Assembly (NCBI RefSeq): GCF_001194135.2
Contig: NC_068997.1
Coordinates: forward strand, 55,136,415 to 55,200,414
Direction of reading: 5' to 3'
DNA from: Octopus bimaculoides
Taxonomy: Eukaryota
DNA length: 64,000 nucleotides
A program made the translations under genes and the position numbers. Below the pieces are notes generated by a model. It saw only the letters and a list, made by a program, of their open reading frames with translations. It was not told where the DNA came from and did no database searches. Of this stretch, positions 39,706-52,637 are shown in pieces (within the stretch, counting starts at the first letter, position 1; each line of letters starts with the position of its first letter).

Positions 39706-40076
39706 NNNNNNNNNNNNNNNNNNNNNNNNNNNNNNNNNNNNNNNNNNNNNNNNNNNNNNNNNNNNNNNNNNNNNNNNNNNNNNNNNNNNNNNNNNNNNNN
39801 NNNNNNNNNNNNNNNNNNNNNNNNNNNNNNNNNNNNNNNNNNNNNNNNNNNNNNNNNNNNNNNNNNNNNNNNNNNNNNNNNNNNNNNNNNNNNNNNNNNN
39901 NNNNNNNNNNNNNNNNNNNNNNNNNNNNNNNNNNNNNNNNNNNNNNNNNNNNNNNNNNNNNNNNNNNNNNNNNNNNNNNNNNNNNNNNNNNNNNNNNNNN
40001 NNNNNNNNNNNNNNNNNNNNNNNNNNNNNNNNNNNNNNNNNNNNNNNNNNNNNNNNNNNNNNNNNNNNNNNNNNNN

Positions 40077-40113
<37 letters not shown>

Positions 40114-40752
40114 CATATATATATATACATATATATATATTCATATATACATAAATATATATAAACATATATATACATGTACACACACACACACAAACAC
40201 ACACACACGCACATATATATATATATTTAAAAGCACACACACCGTTGCACAGAAAGAAATTCCATCATACCCACATGCACAATCACAAATTTCACAAAAA
40301 GCCTGTGTTTTGTATATATAAACACATTTATGCATGCATAAACGTCCAAAGACAGACCCACACACACACACAAACAAGACGTTTTCACACACAAGAAATG
40401 TTTTGTGTGTGTTCTGGGGAATGTAGGGTGAAAGCTGCATTAAAGGAGCACACAGAAGACCAGTTGGCGCCAATGTTTGGTATTGACTTCTGAAAATAAG
40501 TATAGGAAAGAAGAAAGGAACTAGTCTACTGTATGCCCTACAAGAATGAAAACCTATATGAGCAAGGACGAATATCTAGCAATGGAAAGAAGTACAGTCT
40601 CTCTTTAACTGGTTCTTTCATATAAAACTCAGCAAATTAAAATTTATGGCTGAGAGTGGGTTGCCTAAACCCATAATACAGATTATAGACTTGGCTCTGT
40701 GCTCTGTAAATGTTATAAAATATATACCCACCCCCATGTATAAATATATCCA

Positions 40753-40785
<33 letters not shown>

Positions 40786-40844
40786 ATTTATATATGCATA
40801 TAGCATGCATACATATATAGATGTACATATATATATATAACAGA

Positions 40845-41200
40845 AATGGCTGTGTAATAAGAAGTCTGGTTCCCAACACAAAGCACCATGTTCAATCCCA
40901 CTGTATGTCACCTTGAGCAGTGGATTTGGTTAGATAGAAACTGAAAGAAGCCTTGTGAGTGAAATGTGGTTGAAATGTGTGTGTGTCATTGTGTCTGTGT
41001 TTTGACAAATGGCACTGGTTTGTTTACACTCTTGTAACTTAGCATTGTGGCTAAAGGTGGCCTTTAGAATTAGTAACAGGCTTAAATGGACAAAGTATAT
41101 CCCAGTCCTGGGGGTCAACTCATTCAACTAAAATTCTTCTAGTTGGTACCGCAACATAGCCACTATCTAATGGCTGGAACAAGTAAAAGATAAAAGATAT
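40845..41200 (+). mobile_element. SINE family A, internally deleted head plus tail
   Basis: ATGGCTGTGTAATAAGAAG...GTTCAATCCCACTG...GTGGATTTGGTTAGATAGAAACTGAAAGAAGCC...AACAAGTAAAAGATAAAAG. Confidence 0.7.
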
Positions 41201-41246
41201 ACCTATACATATATACATACATACATACAAACATACATACAAACAT

Positions 41247-41288
<42 letters not shown>

Positions 41289-41927
41289 AAAAAATATATA
41301 CACACACATATATGTATATGAACAAACACATACATGTATACATACGTATACTGTTTCACTCTTTTTTGTGTGTGTGTTAGTATATTACTTATGTAGCAAT
41401 TCTGTCTGCTACTGCTGCTGGTTCCATAACAAAATACCCACAGGAAGAATTAATAAGTTTGGAAACTAAGAATATCGAACAAACTTAAGCCATGTTATGA
41501 TGTAAGCAGACAATCTATTTAGAGAATAAATTTAGAAAATATGTATTAGAGACTTGAAGCAGATTTGCAGTAGAGATGATATGACACTGATGAAGTTGTG
41601 AACGGTTGATGAAAGGATGCTGACAATCTTAACTGACTGACCAAACAATTAATCAAACAATCAATTGGTTAAATAATTAACCATTTAACAAATAAATAAT
41701 AGAGAAACTAAATAGAACCAGTGCATGTCTTTATTATTGGCATAACGACCCTCCCAAAATAAACTAAAATATGCTTCAACGCACAAGTTCAGTTCATATC
41801 AAGAATCCTACAAACATTTTACACAATCCAAATATTAATGGGTGTGTATATCTATCTATCTATCTATCTATAAATCTGTCTGTCTTATCTATCTATCTAT
41901 CTGTCTGTCTGTCTATCTATCTCTCTG

Positions 41928-41985
<58 letters not shown>

Positions 41986-42696
41986 ATAATAAGGCTGGCT
42001 TGTTAGCAATTTTTCAACTGAAAGTCAAAACTATATACGTCACTAAAGTAACTGAAGGTGCTATCCAGCACCAGTATTGCTAGAAATAAGAGTCAAAACC
42101 ACTCAGAGCCACAATAAGCACCATCTTATTTATTAACATGGGAGGCAAGCTCCCTAAGCAATGGCTATAGCCAGATCACCAGTGATTTCACATTTTCATT
42201 CATGTTCATCAGTGGCTCTCACTGGCGCCTTGGGTTAAACTCAACTCGCCTTGTCAGATGATAAGATCACTGTAGAAATCATATGCTGATTTCATTTATA
42301 TGTTTGTATTTACATAAACATCAGTGTGTGAGTGTGTGTATATACATATACATACATATACATATACATACATATATATATATANNNNNNNNNNNNNNNN
42401 NNNNNNNNNNNNNNNNNNNNNNNNNNNNNNNNNNNNNNNNNNNNNNNNNNNNNNNNNNNNNNNNNNNNNNNNNNNNNNNNNNNNNNNNNNNNNNNNNNNN
42501 NNNNNNNNNNNNNNNNNNNNNNNNNNNNNNNNNNNNNNNGTTCTTTAAAGTTGATCAACTCTTCTCAACCAATCAATGGACTGATTGAGTGAACCGATTA
42601 ATGAATGAACCCATAATGATTATCAGAAACAGCTTTAAGTCAAATTTCCTACAATAATGAATATGTAATGACCATTATTTGTACCTTTGTATTACA

Positions 42697-42750
<54 letters not shown>

Positions 42751-43712
42751 TTCTAATAACAACTAAAAACAATTTAGCTAATGCTAAATTAGGTCATTAT
42801 GGTAATCTTAGTCACTCCAGTAGATTATTTTGATTTCACTGTACACTCGTAACCAATCAATCAGTTGTTCTCACTCCACCCCCAACACCCTCTCTCTTAT
42901 TTCCCATTCAATTTCATCTCCTTCTCTCTCACTCTCCTCCCTCATTTCTTTTCTCAATAGCTGGATACATGTTTTGTTTTCATGATGTTTTCATTGTTTT
43001 TGTGCTTTTCACTGTTTATTGTTATTGTTTATCTGCTCCTTTGAAGTTTCCTCCCCCCCCCCTCACCGCCTCCAATGTCTGCTGTCCATGTCAACCTGTC
43101 AATAAACAACCAACCAACCACATGTTACCTTCTTTTAACAATAGAAAAACAACTGAATAAGCAAGATTACACATTTATTTATTATTTTATGCTTTTTATA
43201 AAACATTCCTCTAAAGTTGAGATATTTGTCACAGGCTTAAACAATTTTTTTTTTCAAATTCTTCTTTCCATTTTTGTATTGTTGTTGTAATTGAAAAGAA
43301 GAATTTGCTTTTAAAGATATTAAGAATTGATTGTATCATTTAATCATTTGAACAAAACTCATTAAAAATAAAAACAAATGTTTGTTATATTCTTCATGGA
43401 ATGGTTCCCTAATTCCTCTTCTTTTCATTTCTTCCCAAATTTCTGTCAGGGATTAAAATCAGGAGATTGTATTTTTTATTCTTTTTGAATAAGGTTTCTA
43501 CTGATTATTTTTAAAAAATAAGTTGTTGTTGTTGTTGTTGTTGCTGTCTAGTCTCATGCTAGCCCTGACTGATTAAGTCTAGACTGACTACTTTGCCATT
43601 TAGTATGTCAAAGATGACCATATACTAATAGTTGCAGAGTTAGTAAGTTTGCTACCCAACCATGTAGTTTTAGGTTCAAGTCTCACTGTCAGGCAGCTCA
43701 GGAGTGGAGTTG

Positions 43713-43745
<33 letters not shown>

Positions 43746-44486
43746 AATGGCCTTCTACATAGTTTTCATCTAACAAATTCCGTCCACATGCAGAAGCCAC
43801 TTGTCCACGTTACTGTGTAGTGGGATGATCAAACTGAAACCCACATTATCATGAAACAAACTTTATCACCACACGGCTTCACTCGCATCTAAGGTAGGTT
43901 TGATTGACAGAATATTTGGCGGCTATTTCTAGCGAACCAAGTAATCACATACATGTTGTATTGTTACTGTAATATGCTAGTGGTTGAAGAAAAAGCAAAA
44001 TACAAGGCGTTTGAAAAATCTCATCCAGACTGGGAGAGCTCAACCCTGGTTGGTTTTTATTCTCAATGTTCTCATGAAACCAAAAAGACATTATACCTCC
44101 TGATTATTTTCTATCAAAACCAGAGTATCCTTAAAAGTATCAGAATGGCTAAGAGATTAGTGCTATGGGATCTTGAATATTTTCTGAAATATTTTTTAAT
44201 GCAAGATTGAAAATAGAAAATGAGAATTCTATGGCAAAAGATAAACAAAAAATGATAAATTAAAACTAAGTTCTTAAAACTGAGAAATTCAATTAATTTC
44301 TGAAAAGAATCAACAAAATTATCAATGGAAAATTAATGAATAAAAAAAAAACTGTATTCTTCGAAAACTTATCTCACAGCTGGGATTTTTGGAGAGTAAT
44401 TACATTTTTTGTCATTATATATACATTATATAAATAGGTTATATATCATATATATCATATATACACACACATATATATTATGAATA

Positions 44487-44539
<53 letters not shown>

Positions 44540-45923
44540 CACACACACACACACATATATGTATCATAAATAGATAATATAAATATATCATATATATGCA
44601 AGTGTGTGTGTGTGTATAAATAGAAAGTATATATTATATAGATATTTTTTAATTGCTATGGTAATCATTAGGTAACAATGTAATTATAAAAGACTTTCAT
44701 TTGTCTTTCAAAAAACTGACTAAGTCACCAGAATCTTAAATTGTAATATTCCTGCTTCTACTTCTTCAAATGGAGCAACTTCTAGATAGCTTTGTCTTTA
44801 GCTTGTGTCGTAGAGGACAAATTCATTCTGACTACATTTAAATAAGGAAAATAAATGTCTTTCTCAAATGCTTCAGGGTCCAGTCCATCTAAGACCACCA
44901 CCCCTGCTTCCTTGATTCAAAACTTCTTTTAAAGCATATCTGTTTAATTTAAAACCTCCCATCATAATTTCTTCTTCCTTTTCTTTTTCGTAAATTATAA
45001 TTCTTTGTAACTTTTATTTCAAAGCACAACCTTAATTTATCAATGAATGGAGAAAGCTGATTAATTCACTCCACATATTTTTATTATTTAAAAAAGTTAC
45101 TTGAAACTTTGGTTGAGCATTTCATTTATTTATATACAGTAGAATAACATTCTCATCATGGGTTCTACAAAAGTCTCAGAGTTTTTGAGAAAAATTCTAG
45201 GGTTTTTCAAGAGAAGGTGTCATTTAATAAAAATAAATTAAAACAATATTTCCATGAAGGAATTTTTATGTTAAGACATATTTTACTAAATTTAATATTT
45301 TATTAAACTGAAATGAGTTGTCTGCAAATAGAGGTAAGTGTTCTGTGATTATTGGTAAAAATATTATATAAGGATTCCATAAAAAAATTAGTTTGGGAAC
45401 TACTACAGTAAAGTTTCTTAATATGGTGCGCTGAAAAAAAAACCATAACTGAAATTATCTATGCAATTACTTAACAAAATCTCCCCTCATCAGTATTTAA
45501 AATCTAAATCAACATGCAAGGCGAAACTTCAAGTTTCAATTGAGCTTCCAGAAATTATCTTCCTTGCCTGTTGATTTTAGAATTTAATGAATTTTTGTGT
45601 ACGAATTACATGGATAACTTCACTAATATTAAATAGAATACCTCACAGTATTTTTTTCCTGACGCTTGGGGTTCTGAGTTCAAATTGTGATGAGGTCAAC
45701 TTTGTGTTTCATATTTTTGGGGGGTTAAAAAAAAAATACCTCTTATCAGTCTATGCTGGCTGGCTTGTGGACTTGTATGAATGTCAGAAGTGATGCCTTG
45801 CAGTATTTATTCCAGCTCTTTACATTCTGAGTTCAAATCCTGACTTGGCTGATTCAGGTGTTAGACCACTTTAACGCCATCACCTGGTGCCTTTGTAATA
45901 TCTTCAGTGAAGTTCATTACATT

Positions 45924-46097
45924 CATTAGTGTAGCTACTGTGCAGGTGGCCCAAGGCGGCCCTTCCATTTGTTGCACCTGGACACCACAGTAAACATACT
46001 GCCTACAGTAGACCCAAAAGTGCCACCCCTTTAAAAGTGTCACCTCTTTAAAAGTGCAGCCCAGGGCGAACCGCCACTACCCCCAGTTATGCTAGTG
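45924..46097. mobile_element. hAT MITE (174 bp) with perfect 8-bp TSD
   Basis: TSD ATTACATT at 45916-45923 and 46098-46105. Imperfect TIRs CATTAGTGTAGCT / AGTTATGCTAGTG. Internal 17-bp tandem duplication (GTG.CACC.CTTTAAAA x2). Confidence 0.8.
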
Positions 46098-46715
46098 ATT
46101 ACATTGCAAACATTTAGTCAGATCTCAGGTTACACGATGCTGATCCCACTTCCATCACTTTCAAAGACCTTCCAAAGGGTTGGGAACACTGCTTTCTCCC
46201 CTAACTAAAAGACGGATAAAGTAATAAGTAAATGTGAATTCCTACCATGTTTCTGTGTAATATGTCGAATGTCTCCTCAGGGATTTCCCTCCAACCTGAC
46301 AGTGTCAATGTTTGGTTAGTAATATCATGTCAAACAGATTAAAAGGGAATAACATTTTGCAGTATATTACACATGGTATACTTGCAGTAAATCTGTGGCG
46401 TTTGGTAATTTCAGCAAAGACAGAAGTAAAGTGCAGTTCTAGAATTCACATGCAATGAACTGATATAGATCTGAGGAAATGGGAATTGATTTTTAGCAGC
46501 TAATAGGGAATCAATAACAACAGAAATTGAAATTTCTGCAATATAAGTCAACAGATCTAGAAGAAACAACCAAAGAATAATAATATTGATGTAGAAACAT
46601 TGCAATGATGATGCTGAATACAATCTTTAGAACGGTAACAAAGAATGTGGTGATTGTAATTTAGACAATGGTAGGGGTTATTAAGGGAATTCTATCAGTC
46701 ACTCATATATGTCTT

Positions 46716-46950
46716 GTCTTTCACATGTTTCAGTCGTTATACTGTGGCTATGCTGGGGCACTGCTTTGAAGAATTTTGAGTCCAGTAAATCGACCCTGGT
46801 ATTATCTAAAACCTGGTACTTATTCTGTTGGTCTTGTTTGCTGAACCACTAAGTTACAGAGATGTAAACACACCAACACCAGTTGTCAAACAATGGTGGT
46901 GGTGGTGGGTGGGTGGTGGTCAAACATAGTCAGGAAGACACACACAGGCA
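46716..46950 (-). mobile_element. SINE family A tail
   Basis: TTTCAGTCG...GGCTATGCTGGGGCACTGC...GGTACTTATTCTGTTGGTCTTG...ACACCAACACCAGTTGTCAA. Confidence 0.7.
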
Positions 46951-46960
46951 TGCAACTATA

Positions 46961-47380
46961 TCATCATCATCATTTAACGTCCACTGTCCTTGCTGGCATG
47001 GGTTGGATGGCTTGACTGGACTGGCACACTGGAAGGCTGCGCCAGGTTCCAGTCACACCACTACCTGCCACGACGATGATTTCACTTGGCTTCATGGGTC
47101 TTCTACTCAAGCATGGCATATTACCAAAAGTCTCTGTCATTTGTCATTACCTCTGTGAAGTCCAACACTCAAAAGATGCTTTTTACATGCCACTGACACA
47201 GGTATTAGCTCTGCACAGGTGCTAATTATGTGGCATCAGTATTAGCCACATTGCCTTCATGAAGCCCAACACTCGAAAGATGCTTTTTACGTGCCACTGG
47301 CACAAGTGCCAATTATGTGACACTGACATCAGCCATGACTATGATTTCACATGGTTTAACAGGTCTTCTCAAGCATGACA
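46961..47380 (-). mobile_element. Long family C retroposon fragment with internal duplication
   Basis: (CAT)n-TTTAACGTCC...GCTGGCATGGGTTGGA start. Two copies of GAAG.CCAACACTC.AAAGATGCTTTTTAC.TGCCACTG at about 47157-47200 and 47261-47300. Confidence 0.7.
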
Positions 47381-47419
47381 TGCATGCATACATACAGATA
47401 TATATATATNNNNNNNNNN

Positions 47420-47578
47420 TGATGGACTTCTTTCTGTCTCCATCTACCAAACCCATTCAACATGGCTTTGGCCAGCCTCCAAGGCTATAGTAGAAGATAC
47501 TTGCCCAAGGTGCCACACTATGAAACTGAACCTGAGAGGCTGTGGTTAGGAAGCAAGCTTCTTACCATACAGCCACAC
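47420..47578 (-). mobile_element. SINE family A head
   Basis: GGCTATAGTAGAAGATACTTGCCCAAGGTGCCAC...AGGAAGCAAGCTTCTTACCATACAGCCACAC. Confidence 0.8.
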
Positions 47579-47874
47579 AATGAACCCATGTAATCCTTAT
47601 TTTTTCTCATGTTTCAACTCAATAGGTTTCATGGTATAAGAAGACTAATTAAATACCTGGCTTTGCCACCTTACCTTTCACTCATCAAAATCACAAAACA
47701 GTTGTTAATCAACACAGATGTTTTTTATCTTCTGATACAAAGAAATACCCCGATGCATAGATGTTGTTGTAGTTATTGTTTGTTATCCCCCAAAACAGTT
47801 CTGGAATAGGTTGAGTGTATCTAAGACCAAAGTCATTTTTGCAACAACCATTCCATCTTCTTGTCAGGCAGCAT

Positions 47875-48024
47875 TATTTTATTTGTTTCAGCCCATAAAG
47901 TGTGGCTATGATGAGGCACTGCCATTAAATGATTATGCACAGCAGTTGAGGGACTTGAACACATGAACCTTCAGGTCACTTATTACGTAAAAATCTGATG
48001 CTCCACCAACTGAGCTACGCAGGC
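47875..48024 (-). pseudogene. tRNA-Lys(UUU)-derived pseudogene or SINE head with 11-nt intron-like insert, fused to a SINE-type tail
   Basis: Minus strand: GCCTGCG TA GCTC AGTTGGTG GAGC A TCAGA TT TTT A [CGTAATAAGTG] A CCTGA AGGTT CATGTG TTCAAGT CCCTC. Matches eukaryotic tRNA-Lys(UUU). T-stem and acceptor 3' strand are broken. Continues into GGCAGTGCCTCATCATAGCCACA...CTGAAACAAATAAAA, resembling the family A tail end. Confidence 0.75.
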
Positions 48025-48754
48025 TGTTTGCAGTAAATGGAAAAATAGATCAAATGACATGGCTATGATTTATGAGATGTCAATTATTCGTTTAGTAGAA
48101 TAATTATTATACAGGGTAAAGGATGGCAGATACCAGTGCCACCTGGTGGGAGGAAAAGTGATTGAAATTTTTCATGATAAAACAAGATAAAGGTGGACGT
48201 GAAATGATACGGTTGAATATTCCGGAAATATGAGACACAGCTGTCCTGTTGATTATATGATGTACTGTAGAGCATCAAAATGCATCAAGAATTGTTGTCA
48301 AATTGATGGTGATGACAATGAGGAATATATTAATTGATAGGAGAACTCTATTTATTCAGTATGGTCCAAATATCTAATGTCACACAATATATTCTATGAC
48401 GTGCTCAGAATGTTTATTTAGTTGATTTCTTTCTCAAAGCAAAATATTTTCTCTTTGATTTTTTGTTCTGAAGTACCGAAAGACGGACATATTATACCAT
48501 AGATTAGAGAACTAAAAATTCCTGCAGCTGCTAACTATAGAATTTCATTATGTGACTGACAATGTTATTGTGACACAATGTTAGCTTTTACCATCTTAAT
48601 AAGCTGGTGTAATATATACTTACACACACACATATATAAATACATTATATATTTATCTATCTGTATATATATATGTGTGTGTGCTTGTATATATGCATGT
48701 GTATGTATATATGTATATATATATATATATATATATNNNNNNNNNNNNNNNNNN

Positions 48755-48919
48755 GGAGGATCAGTTAATTATGATTTTATTCAACATATTCCCCTCTCTC
48801 AGATTCACACATTGCAGCAGTTCTTCAGTTTTTCTAAGCCCTTTAAAAGAACTCAGGAAGTTGGGCCTCCGACCAGGCCTTTCGCGATACACCCAGGAAT
48901 TTTTCCGTAACCCCTTGTA
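48755..48919 (-). mobile_element. mariner-derived MITE (left part lost in gap)
   Basis: Same element as 59654-59839 in the opposite orientation. Minus strand gives frameshifted GLEKLKNC.N/CVNLR..., the transposase C-terminus. TIR-like end CCAGGAATTTTTCCGTAACCCCTTGTA. Confidence 0.7.
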
Positions 48920-49599
48920 TAGCATAAAGGAATAGCGATTTGGAATCCTGATAGGGACTGTATTAACACTCTGATATAATCCACATCTGGCTAACCACAT
49001 CAAATGGTTGGAAACACGTAAATTGTTTACGACCAAAGTTTGCACAGTCTTTTACTCAAGATGTAAATCTTGAGTTTGCTTCTGTGGATTTTCGTGCAGC
49101 AAACGAAGTGCATCATCACAACCTCATAAAGAAGAATGAAGAATTATACATCTTCAAATTCTGTTTATTACAATATTATTCTCATTAAATTTTGATCTGA
49201 CGTGTGTCTTTATTACACACACACACACATGTATGTATATATGAGTGAGTGTACAAATGAAAGAAAAGGGCACTCAACACATTTATAGTAGAAGTTACAT
49301 GTATTATTTAAAACTGTTTAGATTACAAACAGACTGTTTAGCGTTATGTAATAAAGATGTTCAGCCATGACCATCCCTGTGTTTAAAGGTTTCTAAGTTT
49401 GATAATGTATCCTTTCTTTGTGTAGACAGTGGTGTGTAGCTCAGAAGAGATTTGACTGCTATTTCCTGCATGTTGAGCAACCATGCAGAGGTTTCACTTT
49501 CACTTGATCTTTCACAAGACCATCTTGTATCACTACTAACAGGTTTAGACTGACAAACGCACCCATGTGTGTGTGTGTGGGGGGGGGGGGGGGGGTTAT

Positions 49600-49790
49600 C
49601 CCCCCCCCCACTGCTTGACAACCAGTGTGGGTGTGTTTTCACCCACATAACTTAGCAGTAAACAAACTGATAGAAAAAGTACCAGGCTTATAAATATAAG
49701 CTCAGGGGTCAATTTGTTCAGTTAAAAATTCTTAGAGGCAGTGCTCCAGTATGGCCACAATCTAATGACTGAACAAGTAAAAGGTTAAAG
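49600..49790 (+). mobile_element. SINE family A tail
   Basis: CCACTGCTTGACAACCAGTG...ATAACTTAGCAG...GGCAGTGCTCCAGTATGGCCACAATCTAATGACTGAACAAGTAAAAG. Confidence 0.75.
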
Positions 49791-50914
49791 ATATATATAT
49801 GTATACACACACACACACACATACATTCTTACATTAATACATATATATGCACACTAAAGGATATACACATTCTTTCAATACATACATACGTGTGTGTGTG
49901 TATGTATCTGCTAAAGCATACGCCTACACTGATACATACATTCACACGCACTCATACATGCAGACAACCATACACACACACGCATACATTCGTCACCATT
50001 CATGATGAAACTGCTGTGATATTGTTGTTAAGGAAAGCACTGCTGTCTAAATGATTATATCATTGACTCAAAGATGTCAGCTACAATATAAATGCTAACG
50101 TTATGAAATGTCAGAGATGAAAATAAAGGGATGCTAAATCCCCGTTTGTTGATGTGTTTTATACTGTGGACCTGTGCAATGTCAACTGGTACACTGGATG
50201 GCGGTGATATCCACTAAGAAGAAAGCTTAGGGCACAATGCAAATTGCCTTTGAGCAAAAATGTATATGAGTCATATTGCTTTAATTAAGTCTATTCTTCT
50301 TCTTCCTTAATTATGCATCAGACTTTCTTGTTGTGTGGTTTGAAAAAAGTAAATATCACTTTTAAAATGGACATATGTGTCTTTGAGTGCAGTGTTTCTT
50401 CATTGCTGTCATGTGTTAGCAATCATGTTTTGGTAAAAGCATTACAGAAGCAGTGAGGCTGGCGTATTTTTTATATTTCCTTAACAAGTGCTTTTTCTTT
50501 CTTTTTTTATGCACTGTACTTTACCTTTCTGTCTTGAAGGCAAACACAGAAGATTTGATATCAATTCTAAACAAGTAAACTTGGATTAAATAACTTCATT
50601 TCAATGTCATATTTTTTTGAATATCATATCAACAGCACACACACACAAATTGTTTGGCCATGTGTGTGTGTGTGTGTATGTGCGTGTGGAAACAGAACAT
50701 ATAAGAGAAACAAGGTGAGAGAGTAAATGGAATACACGTCTACTCTTTCACCTCACCTTTCTTATCTGTTCTGGTTATATACATTCTCTCCACCATTGTA
50801 TTGCTTAGATTTTCAGAATGAATCAAAAGTTTACCCTAACCATGACCACAGTTATTCCTGTTAGCCATGGTCTTAGTGGAGAGCTTCATGTGAGATCGAC
50901 TTCATTCTTCAGAT

Positions 50915-50946
<32 letters not shown>

Positions 50947-51242
50947 NNNNNNNNNNNNNNNNNNNNNNNNNNNNNNNNNNNNNNNNNNNNNNNNNNNNNN
51001 NNNNNNNNNNNNNNNNNNNNNNNNNNNNNNNNNNNNNNNNNNNNNNNNNNNNNNNNNNNNNNNNNNNNNNNNNNNNNNNNNNNNNNNNNNNNNNNNNNNN
51101 NNNNNNNNNNNNNNNNNNNNNNNNNNNNNNNNNNNNNNNNNNNNNNNNNNNNNNNNNNNNNNNNNNNNNNNNNNNNNNNNNNNNNNNNNNNNNNNNNNNN
51201 NNNNNNNNNNNNNNNNNNNNNNNNNNNNNNNNNNNNNNNNNN

Positions 51243-51282
<40 letters not shown>

Positions 51283-51407
51283 CATATACAAATCTATAGG
51301 TATATGATGCGTGCACACATGTGCGAGTGTGTGTGTGTGTGTGTGTGTATACATATACGGAATATATAAAAGCAAATGCATATGTGTGTATAGTATGTAC
51401 ATATTTA

Positions 51408-51556
51408 CAATGAGCTTCTATTAGTTTCCACCGCACAAGGCTTTAGTCTGCTCGGGGCTATAACAGAAGATTCTCGACTAAGATGTTGTACAGTGGGACT
51501 GAACCTGAAACCCCATAACTGTGAGGCCGCCCTCTTAACCATAGAGGCAAGCCTGT
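51408..51556 (-). mobile_element. SINE family A head
   Basis: CACAAGGCTTTAG...CAGTGGGACTGAACC...CTTAACC. Confidence 0.6.
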
Positions 51557-51941
51557 GCCATTTATATGAATATCAACGCACCATTTAGCAGCAAGTGGTT
51601 TTTTTAAGGATTGGTGCCAAGCTCCAGTTTCAAAACTTTAAGTACACGTGAAATAAATCTCACAGCATTAAGTACATGTGAAATAAATCTCGGTCGAGAT
51701 AGGATACCAGTCTTTTATAGGAACCTATTTTTGGCATCTAGATTTGCTGGAGGCTTTTATAATTAAGTGTACTGCCTGCCCAAATACATAACAAAACGTC
51801 TGTAATGAAATTAAAAATCAAGGTGATCTATGGACCAATACTGTGTTTCATTAGCTATACTGTATTAATGCACACACTCACACAAACAGACATAATGTTG
51901 TGCACCTGAGTACTGTATACAACAAGTTCATTATTTCATAT

Positions 51942-52269
51942 GTGAAGGCGCGTGGCTCAGTGGTTAGGGCATTCAGCTCATGATTGTAAGGTCATGAGTT
52001 CAATTCCTGGCAACGTGTTGTGTCCTTGAGCAAGACACTTTATTTCATGTTGCTCCAGTTCACTCAGCTGGCAAAAAAAATGAGTAGCACCTGTATTTCA
52101 AAGGGCCAGCCTTGTCACACTCTGTGTCATGCTGAATCTCAATGAGAATTACGTTAAGGGTACACGTGTCTGTGGAGTACTCAGCCACTTGCACGTTAAT
52201 TTCACGAGTAAGCTTTTCCGTTGATCATATCAGCTGGGCCCCTCGTTGTCATAACCGACAGAGTGCTCC
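51942..52269 (+). mobile_element. Full-length tRNA-head SINE (family D, 328 bp) with 11-bp TSD
   Basis: A-box TGGCTCAGTGG, B-box GAGTTCAATTCC, core GTGTCCTTGAGCAAGACACTT. TSD TTATTTCATAT at 51931-51941 and 52270-52280. Confidence 0.85.
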
Positions 52270-52423
52270 TTATTTCATATATCATAATTATACCAACACA
52301 TACAAATGCTTTAGTTTTTTGGCATTTTCATTTGCTTTAACTGACGGAAGATGAAGGTCACTCCCCACCCCTCTGCCGTGGGAGGAAGTAAAGAAGTTCT
52401 ATCCAGATAAAAGATCCAACTGG

Positions 52424-52637
52424 AATACATTTATTTCCTTATTGCCCACAGGGGGCTAAACAGAGAAGGGACAAACAAGGAATTAAGTCAATTACATCGA
52501 CCCCAGTACTTATTTAATTGACCCTTAAAAGGATGAAAGGCTAAGTTGACCTCAGCAAAATTTGAACTTAGAACATTGGGGCAGACAAAATACTTCTAAG
52601 CATTTCACCCAGCATGCTAACGTTTCTGCCAGACTCG
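52424..52637 (-). mobile_element. SINE family B
   Basis: GACCC..AAAGGATGAAAGGCTAAGTTGACCTCAGCAAAATTTGAACT...CTAAGCATTTCACCCAGCATGCTAACGTTTCTGCCAG. Confidence 0.8.

Noticed and set aside
48110-48240. YRVKDGRYQCHLVGGKVIEIF, resembling an Ig D.G.Y.C motif
   Set aside because: The spacing is non-canonical, the frame stops quickly, and there is no Ig Trp or first Cys.
49579-49609. G17-TTAT-C10 hairpin or G4
   Set aside because: Homopolymer expansion inside a SINE linker. Long G-runs are also prone to sequencing error.
51638-51691. 24-bp direct repeat with 6-bp spacer (and a 14-bp repeat at 19202/19225)
   Set aside because: Only two units, so a simple local tandem duplication rather than a CRISPR-like array. 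The DNA is eukaryotic and no arrays were seen.
51942-52012. Possible functional tRNA gene
   Set aside because: No complete cloverleaf. It continues into a SINE body flanked by a TSD.
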